Shown piece by piece: positions 11,859 to 23,618 of a stretch of 64,000 nucleotides of DNA. Made by a program: the position numbers and the translations under genes. The DNA comes from Leucoraja erinacea. Its lineage: Eukaryota. The DNA is taken from positions 7,316,001-7,380,000 of the forward strand of contig NC_073406.1 of the NCBI RefSeq assembly GCF_028641065.1, given 5' to 3'. How positions within the stretch are numbered: the stretch's first letter is position 1; each line of letters starts with the position of its first letter. Under the pieces are notes generated by a model. The model had not been told where the DNA came from and searched no databases. It worked only from the letters and a program-made list of their open reading frames with translations.

Positions 11859-12649
11859 GGCCAGAGTGCAAATTGTGAAGATTTCAGTGCTGTTTGGCAA
11901 GGGAGTTGAGGGAAAGTGGGTACAATGCTGGGTCGCTAGGTCGGGGATTACTTCCAGCCTGTATGACAAATTTGATGCGATCTTCTCCACAATGGTGAAC
12001 TAAATGCAGATTGGGCAATTGTTTTGTGCAACATCTTTGTTCAGTGCAGAAGGATGAGCCTGAGTTTCAAGTCATCTGTCGCTTTAATTTTCCCTCGCAT
12101 GTTACACGCATGGTGACCTTGGTTTATGGCCTCGTCTGCTGTTCCAGCAATCTCAGACACAGAAGGAAGAGTGCTGAGGAAAGACATGTGGTTGGAGTAA
12201 TGAAGAAAGGTCCTGACCAGAAACGTAATCTGTCCATTCCCTCCACAGATGCTGCCTGAACCGCTGAGTTACTCCAGCACTTTCCGTTTTTTGTTCAAAG
12301 TATCCAACAGTAACTCAGCTTCCATCTTTACACTGGTCTGGTTGCCGAATAAATAAGTTACTGGGCTTGCATCCAAAGGGCTGGATCAGATATGTTTGAA
12401 TCTCACTTCGACCTGTAATGATTTTACATTTCACATGAAAATGCAGGAAATGGAGGGATATGGATCACATCCAGGCAACGCAGATTAATTTAACAGCATC
12501 ATGTTCGGCATGGATATTATGGGCCGAAGGGCCTGTTCCTGTACTGTATTGTTCCATGGGCACATCGCAGCCCTCAGCTATTTCACTTTCAATTTATTGC
12601 TTTGTTTCTTTTCTCTTCTAACTGTTGGTATTTGAGCTGATTGTTAAAG

Positions 12650-13200
12650 CACATGGAATTGGGAGCTAAACTAAACAATATGCTGACAAGGATTGAGAAT
12701 CGGTTGACAGACAGGAAACAAGGAGTAAATGGGCCTGTCACCGTGTGGCTGGTGACTCGTGGACTACCACAGGGATCGGTGCTCACGACCCAGATGTTCA
12801 CAGTTCATCAATAATCCAGACGAAGGAAATGAATTTATTTTTCAAAAGATGACAATGATTGAGATATTTAATGAAGCAAAAAGGTTTCAAGGCGCTTTAA
12901 TGAACAAGTACGCACAGGGCCACCTGAGTAACTTGAGTATAAATGTCAAGTCATCTACTTTGGCAGGAAAAACATAACAAGTCAAGTTTTCATTCAGATG
13001 GTACTGCATATCTGGAATGAGCTGCCAGAGGAAACTATAGAAGCTGACATAATTACAACTTTTAAAATATATTTGGACAGATATATGGATAGGAAGAAAG
13101 CAATGGACCAAACGGGACTAGCCCAGAAGGCCAAGGTGGTCGGCATGGACATGGTGGACCAAAGGGCGTATTTCCGTGGTGCACAGGTCTGTGACTAAAT
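12650..13200 (+). mobile_element. Decayed CR1 LINE fragments
   Basis: Degenerate GVPQGSVL-like region and IWNELPEETIEADIITTFKIYLDRYMD. Confidence 0.7.
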
Positions 13201-15419
13201 TGGTGAGAGTGTGATTAACTTTCAATTAATGGCTCCAATCTTGACTCCTAATCAGATACTATCCTGATATAAATGTCACAACAATGCTGTGAACTGACTG
13301 TATGCTATTGGAATAACAGAAGGGAAAATGGTGTTTGAGGAATCAGCCCAACAAAGCATAGAAAATGACACTGAAAATCTAATGCACCTGGACAACAACG
13401 ACTCCTATGTTAGACTCCTATTTATTGACCTCGATACTGGTGAGAAAAATATACCTAAACCTATAAGTAAAACCTAAGTTTTAAAAGTGTCAAGATATCA
13501 AAACCCGTTCTGAAAGTGTCAAGATATAAATTATGTTAGAGATCAGGGAGAAACGTCCAGTTGAGGCTACATTGAACCTCTAGGCTGGGATGCCCAGAGA
13601 GAACCAACTAAGGGCAAACCCACTGCAGCACCGCATGCCGGCCGCTTAGGGGCGCCACACCCACTGGCAAATGCCCACTCTCACTGCAAGGCCTCGCCAC
13701 CTTGTGGCAGATTTCCAGCATTACAGCAATGACAACAACTTGTCAAATCAAGGGAATTCAGGAGACACTAGAAACCAAAGATTATAGACAGAAACTTTGC
13801 TAGAAACTGCAGATGCTGGGATTTTTAACAAAATACAAAGTGCTTGAGAAACTTAACGGATCAGACAGCATCTCTAGAGGACAGATAGACAATGCTTTGC
13901 CTTGGAACCCTCTCTCAAGCGGGAGTTAGATTTAGCTCTTTGAGCTATTGGAAACAAGGGATATGGGAAAAAAGCAGGAACGTGATACTGATTTTAGATG
14001 ATCAGTCATGATTATATTAAATGGCGGTGCTGGCTCAAAGGGCCGAATGGCCTACTCCTGCACCTATTTTCTATGTTTCTACTGACTGAATCTGGTTACT
14101 CGAGTTACTTCAGTCCGAGTTACTCCAGAATTTTGTGCTCATAGGGCTTCAGAAATTAGGAAGAAGCATAGGCCAATCGGCTTGGGTTTGTAGGTTTAAG
14201 GATATAGGTTTAAGGTAGGGGGAAAGATTTAATAGGAACCTGAGGGGCAACCTTTTTTTTAACATATTTCTATCTAAGGTGGTGGGATTTCTAGAGGAAG
14301 CCAATTATTGGCAGATAGTCCTTTCTGGGTTTTGTAAAGTGCCATTGAAATATATAATCATCCATACAAAAATAGGATTTGCATACTTTGCACTTTCTGA
14401 AGTACGGGTATGAGTTTTGTGGCAAAATGTATCCATCAACAGCAATGAACATATCCCCAATGGTCCTCACAACAAATTAAATGAATACTGGTCAAGAATT
14501 ACCATGCACCTCACCTCAGAAGTCATCTGATCTGATTCATAACACCACGTTAGTACTGGTCCAGGAGCAAGGGTGACAATGAATACAGTAGTGAAAGTGC
14601 TACCCACTGCACTGTGCTAATGTCAGCCTTTGAAACAAACTGCTAGAGGAACCCAGTGGATCATGCAGCACCTTCCCCCACCGCCGTGTCCTTCTACCCA
14701 CCATTCTGGTTCTATATTTCCCTCCCCACCTTCCTCTCCTATCAGATTCCACCATTTGCAGCCTTTTGTCTTCACCACTTATCACCTCTAATCCATATTT
14801 GGAACAGACATTTGGGTATAGCAAGTGCAGTTAAAGCATTGGGATTATGGATAAAATATCTCATATTTATCAGAAGTTCCATTACCTCCTGGATTTCCCC
14901 CAAGTGCTTGAAATCAACAAGGTCATTGTAGTAGACAATCAATTTCACACAAGATTCCAAATACAGCAATTTGTGAGACTGAGGGAAGGAAGGCCTTTCT
15001 GGGTGGATGTGTAGAATGAAATAGTGTTCATTGTTGTGCCACTAGTCCAGTTATTCTTGCATAGTTTCAGCACTAGCACCTACGGTACAATACAACTTTA
15101 TTTATCCCAGGAGGGAAATAAAACCTGCCAAAATGGAAAATTGCACAGGAATGATCAGTCCATAAAAAGCATGCGAAATCCAACCTAATTACTGCCCAAA
15201 TAATCTACAGTAAATCATCAAAGTGATGAAGTGGGCTACAAACATGGGCCAAGGAGCCATTCCAGAAGAGAGATGAGAATGACAGCCCTTGATATCAAGG
15301 AAGTGTTTGACCACGTGTGGCATTAATAAGCCTTGCAAATCTGAAGTCAATGGGCATCAAAGAAAAACTTGCAAATGATTGGAGTAATACTTCACACAAA
15401 GGAAGATGATAGTTTTCAT

Positions 15420-15705
15420 TTGGAGATACAGCATGGAAACAGGCCCTTCAGCCCACCCGAGTCGACACCGACCATTGATCACCCATTCATACAAGTTCTA
15501 TGCTATCTTACTTTCTCATCCAGCCCTACACATTAGGGGAAATTTACAGAGGCCGTTTAACTTACAAACCCACTCATCTTTGGAATGTGGGAAGAAACCA
15601 TGTTGTCACATGCAAAAAATGCAAACTCCACACAGAGAGCACCCAAGTTCAAGATCGAACCCAGGTCTCTGACGCTCAGCATCCAGCTGCGACACTATGC
15701 CACCG
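15420..15705 (-). mobile_element. tRNA-derived SINE (HE1/V-SINE-like)
   Basis: Minus strand has a box-B-like GGGTTCGATCTTG head and a CR1-like tail CTGAAGGGCCTGTTTCCATGCTGTATCT. Related copies lie at ~46970-47240 and ~53550-53785. Confidence 0.65.
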
Positions 15706-15789
15706 TTTTTTAAATCAATTTCTGTCTTGAATACAGCACTCAGTGAATGATTCTCTCGGATGAAGAAACTTCGTGTTTCTATCCCGAGT

Positions 15790-16300
15790 ATCAATCAATC
15801 AACCTTTATTGTCATCTTGCAAAGCAACAATTGTACAGTGCAAAATGAGAAGACCTTTCCCAGGGAATACCGGAGCATCGCACATAAAACTTAAACATTT
15901 CACACATAATAAAAACAATAAAAACAATCCAGTCCCTGATAAAACAGTACATATAGTTAAAAAGTGCAGGTAAAAACAGCAACATTAAAATACAAGTAAA
16001 AACAGTCATAAATTGTCCAGGGCAGCTGATTTAAGTGGCCAGTGCCAGAGTTATTAAATTGTCAGTGCAAAAAGCAGCAGAATCAGGTGGAGTGACTGTT
16101 TAGCAGCCTCACAGCCTGCGGAAGGAAGCTGTTTAGCTGTCTGGTTGTCCAGGCTTTGATTCTACGGTATCTCTTGCCTGATGGCAGGAGATCCAGATGT
16201 GTGTGGAGGGGGTGCAGTCTGTCCTTTGCTATGCACAGTGCTTTTTTCAGGCAGCGGCTCTGGTACAGTTCTTGTACCGAGGGTTGGGAGACGGCAACTC
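15790..16300 (-). mobile_element. L2/Rex-Babar-like LINE 3' end
   Basis: ORF QELYQSRCLKKALCIAKDRLHPLHTHLDLLPSGKRYRRIKAWTTRQLNSFLPQAVRLLN. AATAAA followed by a (TTGA)n tail on the minus strand. Confidence 0.75.
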
Positions 16301-16999
16301 TTATTGCATTCATTGGATATTACTAATTCTAGCGGCATTTCCTCACATCAGTATCCTTAGCCCAACCATCTTCAGTTGACTATCATTAGTTGAGATGATT
16401 ACACAAGGTTCCGTTTACAACTCTTCAGCAAATGAAATATCTAGATGTAGCAAGATCCAGACAACATTCAGGCATGGGTTGGAAACTAGAAGGCACAGTT
16501 CCAAAGGTGGCACAAGATTAGAAATCATGGGATAAATGTGCCTAATTTATTGAAAGTGACACAACATAGCAAGAAAGCGCTTTAAAAAGCACTGGTATCC
16601 TGGGTTTTATAAATAGAGGAAAGAATACAATAGCAATGAAACCCTATTAAACCTTCATAAAGGAGGAGTTTTGTATCAATATTTTATCCCATTTTTGCCA
16701 CCACACGTTGACAAAGAAATGAAGGCTGAGGAGAGGTTACAGAATAAATATGCTAAATTAAATCCACTGATGCAGGACCCTAGTCATATATAAAGACTAG
16801 AGAAGATGGGAATGCGTTCGTGGGACAGGGGATGGAAAGGGAATCTGACAGAGGGATTTAAAATCGTGAATTATGCAGACAGTAGAAAGAAACGGCCCCC
16901 ATTGTGGGAGGGCCCTAGAATGGGGGTCACAAAATTAAGATAGTCACCAAACGAACCAATGGAGCAGGTGGGTGTCTAGAACGTGGATGTAACATCAGA

Positions 17000-19900
17000 A
17001 GTCGAAGAGGAGTCGGGATCAGTTGCAAGTGTAGTGGAAACGGAATCGATGTCAGTTTTCAAAAGCGAACTGGAGAAGTACCTAAAAGGAAAACAAAACT
17101 CGCAGTGATTGGCGGAAAGAATGGGCTGCGAGTCCTTACTTACTGGATCGAGCCACAGTGGGCAAGATGGGCCGACTACCACCCGCCTGCGCCGGAACTA
17201 TTCTGCTACTGGTTTGAATTGAAAGCTTTCCGCAATTTCGAAAACCATCCACGCAACGATCCGCTATCTATTCATTACTCTAATATCATCGTTTACCATT
17301 ACCCGTGAAATATTAGGCCTCTAACTCATTTCTCGCTATTCTATACATAAACCTCGACACCTCGATTAAATTAGAATAACAGACAAAATAACTCCAATAT
17401 GTAGCTGCTTTTATAAAGGTCTGGTTAACTGTCAGCCAAAAATAACTCACGTGTACGAACAAGGGAATGTGAATGAGAGAGACATGTAGTCTCAGAAGGC
17501 CACACACCACCAAAAAACACCCAGTCGCTGTCTTTCCAACACGTGGAAATCAAATCCACAATATGATGCTGGGGCCACGGCGATAACATGAACGTCGACG
17601 TTACGGCCAGTGGTCAGCAATACAAAACACACGGCTCCATACCCTTGCGAAAAATAAACACGCAATTTAAAATTGTTCGTGCGTATTGACCGACAGGAAC
17701 AAAAAAATGTAAGTTAGACATAACAATTCCCAGTTAACCCTCGCCTACCTCGAGGCGCTGGCTATAATGTTGGAAGGCGGATATAAGAGACTGGAGAGAC
17801 GTTGAAACTGACACTGTTTCCTAGCGCGTCTGGGATTTCTCTGCTCTTGCTCTTATCCCCGCCCTTGCAACACAAGAGCAGGGAGGGAGTCCCGAGAAAC
17901 GACGTAGAAAAAAAGAGTAAAATCAGATATACTCACGGGAAATCTTAACTCGAGTGGCAGCCGTCTGACTGACTAAACTTGCCGAACCCCTCCTCGTACT
18001 TTAGAAGCAAATTTGGCGATAAGGGTGAAAAAAAACTTATTGCAAATTCCAGTTTGCAACTATTTCTGGGGGTTGGTCTGGACACGAACATAAGCAAAAA
18101 GAGGGAGGTGGTGACGATGAAGGAGAGACCACGTTTCTCTGAAATTATTAGTTCGACAGTAACCCTGGCAATACTTACACAAGTTTACATTACAAAATAA
18201 TTAATAGGTAGGTATGAATGCGATCTTTTAGTTACTGTTTTGAGAATAATAATGAAGGCTTCCCACACCCTTCCCCTAGGCTGGGAATCGAATGGAAGAG
18301 TCTTCATTTGCATGAAGATTAAGGGTTGACATCAGGATTTTGTTACATTGTATCACTCGGACAGGAGAAAGGTATCTATTTATTTATAATTATAATTTTC
18401 TTATTCGGAAACCGATTACATTTCGCAAGGATATAGTTATAGCCACGGATGTGGGAAATCGTTGTATTCACAAGCGACAACCCGCACCGCCAGGGAATCT
18501 TCCTAAGGTGGGCTCCAGATCCTGGATTTGTGACCCTTTTCTAAAATGCTCTGTTTCCACGATACAAAACTTTCTCTCTCATTTCTAACAGAGGCTTTAT
18601 TTGGGGGTAAATTGCTGGCCAAAATCTGACCATGGTCTAGCCATGTATGTTATCCGGGGATTTTATCTTTAATTAACTGGAGGCGCGTTTAGCGATTATC
18701 TCGCATTAAATTATCGGAGAAACGGGGAGAAATGGCAACATCGATTCGGAGTCTCTGGAGTCGGTCTTTTTTTTTTAAATTTCGGTCGTGTACAAGTACT
18801 TTCCTGTGTTTAAATCGGGAGGTTTCTGGTGTCTTAATCTTCGCAGTACTCCTCGCCAATTTGGGCTCGTTGCTTTGATTGAACATGATCAGGCTTTGAA
18901 AATCCCAAACCCATAAAATTCCCGTTTGCTGTTAGACTTTGTACATGTGGGTACAAAACGGGAGAAAGGGGGTTGGGGAAATTCGGGTAACTTTTAAGTT
19001 TGACCTGCCTCCTCCTCCTCCTCCGTCGCCGCCACCTCCTCCTCCATGGCGATTTTCTCCCAAACCCTGAACTCCTTCGGTTCTTGGCAGGGTTATCTGT
19101 TTCTCTCGCACGGTGAAGGGAAAATCTATCATTATGTTCTTTAATTATAGAAATGGATTCTGAATCGCCCTCAACTTTCGACTCGGAGGTAAGATTATTA
19201 TCTGATTTTACACAGCACTGAGGTTGGGGGTGGGGCGGTAGAAGATTCAGCGATCTCTCCGGGTTTAAGACTGATTTGATATGTGTCGTGTCTATCTATC
19301 CAACTCGAAATTCAACTTAAAAAACAATAATATTATGCTGTTTCCCGTCGACAATCGGATCAATTTCAGACCCAAAGGTTTCGGAGTACATCGCCTTGCG
19401 CCATCTTGTTGATTTGCATATACATTTAAACCCCTTATTAATCGGAGTAGATGGGTTAGCAATAACCAGTCGCCCACCACCTTCTATTGCCTCCCGTCCA
19501 GAGTTGGAGATTTGTTGGGGGTGGAGGTGGAGGTGTGGTGGGGGGGGGGGATGGTTTTCCTTTTAAATCCAATTTTAATTGCCTCCCTTCAAACGTCGGC
19601 TGCTTGTCTGTTCCCCCGAGATCGCCAATCCCTGTGTGTTTTAAAAAAAAATAATGAATATTCGCCATCTTGCCTCTGACCCTTCCCTTTTCCTGCCTTT
19701 CCCTCCGTTTGGATAATAATTTTATTTTCCTAGTTAATGGTCCGCGCATCCACTGACCCCCCACTTCTCACCCCCCCCCCCCCCCCCCCCCCCCCCTCCC
19801 CCAACACCCCCCCCCCGTCACCGCCTCGACTAATTTCACCAATGCCAGAATGTCCCTACTCCAAACTATTTTTTAATAATCAATTCGGCGGTTTTCGTGG

Positions 19901-20420
19901 CTGGCCTCTTAATTCAGTCAATTGTAAAGGTTTAATGCTAATAAATGATATTCAATATACAAGAATGAATCGCCCCCTTTGTTTGTACTGTCACTCGGAG
20001 CTGTTGTATAAAAGAAGATGGACCCTTTGGATTTGATAATTCCCAGTGTGTAAAATGTGTACGTATGTCTATAACCGAGTGTTAACAGTAAGCAGGTCAA
20101 TCCCGGGGAAGTATTAATAGTGAGATTTTCATGATGGAAGCGCATGCCTGCTAGAGTAGCTCCGTGTTAAATTTGTGGAGCTGAGTATATACTGTTTAGT
20201 CCGATAAGTTTCAATGTGGGTGGTATTTTACAATGAGGGAAAATGAACGCCTCTCTCGCGGGGAAGTTTGCTCGATGAATTTGACTGTGAAGGTAGAAAG
20301 TGTGATCATTCTGGACACTGGGTGCCAGAGGCCTCGGTTACTGGTGTCAACAAGGTGCCTTCCTCACACAGCGGAGAAAGTCAGAGCACAGACAGCTTGT
20401 TACTTACCCCGTCGTTAGGA
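17000..20420. promoter_or_regulatory. CpG-enriched divergent promoter region for KLHL21 (-) and PHF13 (+)
   Basis: CpG-rich and poor in transposons. Minus-strand donors CCC|GTGAGT (17936) and GAG|GTAGGC (17748). YY1-like CGCCATCTTG at 19399 and 19663. Octamer ATTTGCAT at 18306 and 19412. Confidence 0.55.
19153..19188 (+). CDS. PHF13: PHD finger protein 13, exon 1
   Basis: ATG GAT TCT...GAG|gtaaga encodes MDSESPSTFDSE, similar to the vertebrate PHF13 N-terminus. Phase 0, matching exon 2. Confidence 0.85.
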
Positions 20421-21043
20421 ACCGCAGGGTCAAATAGCTTTCCAGTACATTATCTTATTCTTTGTGCATTTGATATTATTTAAAAAACATAATTGAGCTT
20501 GAAATGTAGTCTCGATCTATGCAAAACTTGAGGCAAGCAGAGAAAGTGCTGTCAGCACCACTGCTAAATCCAAATCACATTTAACTGAGTGGGAAGGGTC
20601 TTGGCCCAAAATGTCACCTATTCCTTTGGACTCCAAAAATGTCACCTAATCCTTTTTTCCAGACCCACTGAGTTACTCCAGCTTTTTGGGTCTATCTTAC
20701 ATTTAACTAGTCAGTTTGAAAACTTCACATCCAATACCACCCAGAAATAAAGCCTTTTGGATGACTCAAAGCAAGAATCTACCTCTAACCACTGGGCATC
20801 CCACAGCCACACTACACCTGTAAAACACTATCTTTTAAACTAAGGTAATGGCAGGAACTATGGCTCACTGATCAGAAATGCCTTTAACGTTTGGAATTGT
20901 AATGAAATATGGAAAAATGCAGCTAAGAATTACTAATATGTGTTAAGACTTGTGACTACCCTCACACGCCTGGATTGCTACCGATTTAGTGTTACATAAA
21001 TGAATGTCTGTCTAACTTTGTACCTTCTCTTGTTCTGCCCCAG

Positions 21044-21145
21044 GATTACTCTCCATCTGATAAAAGGAGCAGAACAGTGGAAGATTTCAACAAATTCTGC
21101 ACTTTTGTGTTAGTTTACGCTGGGTACATCCCTTGCCCCCAGGAA
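21044..21145 (+). CDS. PHF13: PHD finger protein 13, exon 2
   Basis: cccag|GAT...GAA|gtaagt, 102 bp. [34 protein letters not shown] is the conserved PHF13/PHF23 N-terminal motif. Confidence 0.95.
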
Positions 21146-22101
21146 GTAAGTTCTTACTTACTATTCTTACTACGGTTTGATGAGTACTATATACAACGCT
21201 TGGTTCATTTGCTGTATAGAGTGCAGCAAAGATTTATCAGGCAGGATCCTAGGATGGTGGGTCATACGTGGAGAATCAGTGTTGTCCAGTTTTCTGGAAT
21301 TTAGAAAGAATGAGAGGTGACCTCATTGAAACATACAACATTCTTGCAGGGCTCGAAGGAGTATATATGTGGAGGAGATATCACATGGCTGGAGAGGTTG
21401 GAAGAAAATGAGCAGGCCATAAAGGATAAAACATGGTGAAAATTATTCACAAGAAGTGTGGTGAATCTGGGAAATTGTGCAGCCTTGAGAGCTGTGAAGA
21501 TTCAAACATTGATTCCATCCATAAACTAGTACATAGACTTCTGAATATGAGAGGAATTGAGTGTTATGAGGATGAGGTAGGAAAATTGCGGTGAGGTGGA
21601 TCATCCTCGCCCTCTCTCCTTTCCCCTCCAACCATCTTTGTCCATTCCTTCTCTCTGCCAACCTAATGTCCACAACCCCCTGTCCCCCACTCTCAACCTC
21701 TTCTCTATCTCTAATACCCCTCACCACTCACTCTTTCCCATTTCTCCTCATGGTCAGCTCATCCTGTCCCTTCCTCTATCTGCTTGCTCCCTCCCTCTGC
21801 TCCTTTGCTCCAGCTACACTCCAGTTCCAACCCCAGTTAGGGAAAAGTTCTAATTTGAAAGATGGTACACCAAAAGCATCCATTTCCTTTGACAGAATGG
21901 ACACTAACCCAGGGCTATAGATTTAAAGGTAATTGTGTAAGGGTTAAAGAGGATTGGCATATAGCCCCACAAGCCGCCTTCACCATCCGACTCAAGATTG
22001 TCAGCAAGATTGTGCTCGAGCTTTCTGAACTCATTACTTTCTGACTCTAAGATGAGAGTTCATCCCATGGAGCCATGCAGACTCTTCATTATTCTCTGCC
22101 T

Positions 22102-22864
22102 CGGGGGCGGAAATCCCGGGGGGGGGGGGGGGGTGGCAGGGGGACGTGCTCTGTTTTGAGAGGTGGGGGACGATCCCACACAAGTTTTTGTAATCTGGAT
22201 TTTAAAACCTGGTGAAATCTCCGCTTTCCCCGAGACGGTGGGGGTGGGACTGCTGATCGAGGGCGCCGATTGGACGAGAGAGATGTCGGTCAGCAGGCAA
22301 TGGGGGCGGGACATGATGATTCAGCGCGATAGGAGGGAGGAGTAGGGGGTGGGTGGGTCTGTGGATAGAGTGTGGTGATTGGAGGAGGGAGACGTGCCAA
22401 AACACTCTCGGCACAGACCTGCGCCTCATCCGCAGCCAGGATCGATCCCGGCTCTCCGGCGCTGTCCCATCCCCACCCGAGTGCCCCCCCCCACCCCCCA
22501 CGGGTGGCCAGAGACGTCGGGAGTCAGACGGGAGCTGTACCCCCCAGGCTCACAGCCAGCGCAGAGAAGCAGCGCAAAACCCAGCTCAACTCTGCCTGTC
22601 CCGCCAGGTTAACCTACAGCCCTGCCTGGACTTGCGGGAAATATGGCCCAGGTTTACAGCCAGCGCGGAGAAGCAGCGCTGGTGTCCCGTCAGTCCAGGC
22701 GGGGCTGTAGGTTAACCCGGGGAGACAGGCAGAGTTAAGCTGTATTTAACTCTGGATTGAGCCTCCGAAGCCTCGCGCGTGAGTGTGCGCATGCGCGTGC
22801 AGCCACCAAGATATTGTGTGTCCCCCCGGTCCCCTCCATATTTTGATAGCGATTTCCGTGCCTG
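22102..22864. mobile_element. Non-autonomous hAT-type DNA transposon (763 bp)
   Basis: TIRs CGGGGGCGGAAATC and CAGGCACGGAAATC (11/14). 8-bp TSD CTCTGCCT / CTCTGACT. GC-rich interior with direct and inverted repeats. Confidence 0.7.
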
Positions 22865-22897
22865 CTCTGACTTGATGTGTTGCTTTTGCCTTGTCAG

Positions 22898-23618
22898 GAT
22901 TTGCCTCTCCGGACCAGTTCCAGTCCTCCCAACAGTACAGGCAGCACAGCAGACAGTGAGACCTGGGATCTTAGCTACAATGACCTTCCACTCTCCGTCC
23001 CTTCCAAAGTTAAGCGCACAAAAACGTTAACAGGCTTCAAGCGAGCCAAACCCTACTCATTTCTGAAGCATCACAAATCCACTGGCTTTCTGCTGCCTGC
23101 CTTCAATCGGAGGAAGCCTGACAAGATAAAAAGAAAGCACAAGGTGAGGTCAAAAGAGGAGGGCCTGAGGATAGAAGAATCAGACATCGAGGAAACCGTC
23201 AAGCAGGAAATATCTGACCTGAATCCAGTGTCCAAATCAGAATTCACTGACCATGATGCAGAGGACACAATACCAGCCCCTATTATCACAAAGTCCCTCG
23301 TCACTGAACCCCTCGTCCCTGAACCCCTCGTCCCGGAACCCCTCGTCCCGGAACCCCTCGCCCCGGAACCCCTCGCCCCGGAACCCCTCGCCCCGGAACC
23401 CCTCGCCCCGGAACCCCTCGCCCCTGTACCCCTCATGGACATCCCAAGTGAAGGCAAGGATGGTTCTTGTGTACCAGTCACTGCAACAGAAACGAAGAAT
23501 GAGACGATAGAAAGTGAAAAAGTGGAACGACACAGAACGGTTTTCCGTCAGGGAAAGCAGGTTGTGTTCAGAGATGTGGATACAACAGGCAATGATGAGG
23601 ACATCATGGTGGATTCTG
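22898..23618 (+). CDS. PHF13: PHD finger protein 13, exon 3
   Basis: gtcag|GAT...TCT G|gtgagt, 721 bp. Encodes DLPLRTSSSPPNSTGSTADS...KRAKP...RQGKQVVFRDVDTTGNDEDIMVDS. Confidence 0.95.
23294..23434 (+). repeat. Coding 15-bp minisatellite, (EPLVP)3(EPLAP)5
   Basis: Unit GAACCCCTCG(T/C)CCC(G/T). About 9 copies including degenerate flanks, all in frame. Confidence 0.95.

Noticed and set aside
19770-19816. Long poly-C/poly-G runs (also ~2667, 22117, 28137, 35884-35960 and 60404) and the poly-Pro/Gly ORFs they create
   Set aside because: Low-complexity homopolymers of unreliable length, several inside transposons; no evidence of coding function.
22060-22715. Cluster of GC-rich ORFs that looks like a CpG-island gene
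   Set aside because: Lies within the TIR/TSD-bounded hAT-type element; no protein similarity recognised.
23071-23533. Repetitive ORFs (GARGS)n, (GEGFR)n and (RNPSP)n
   Set aside because: Alternative frames of the PHF13 15-bp coding repeat.
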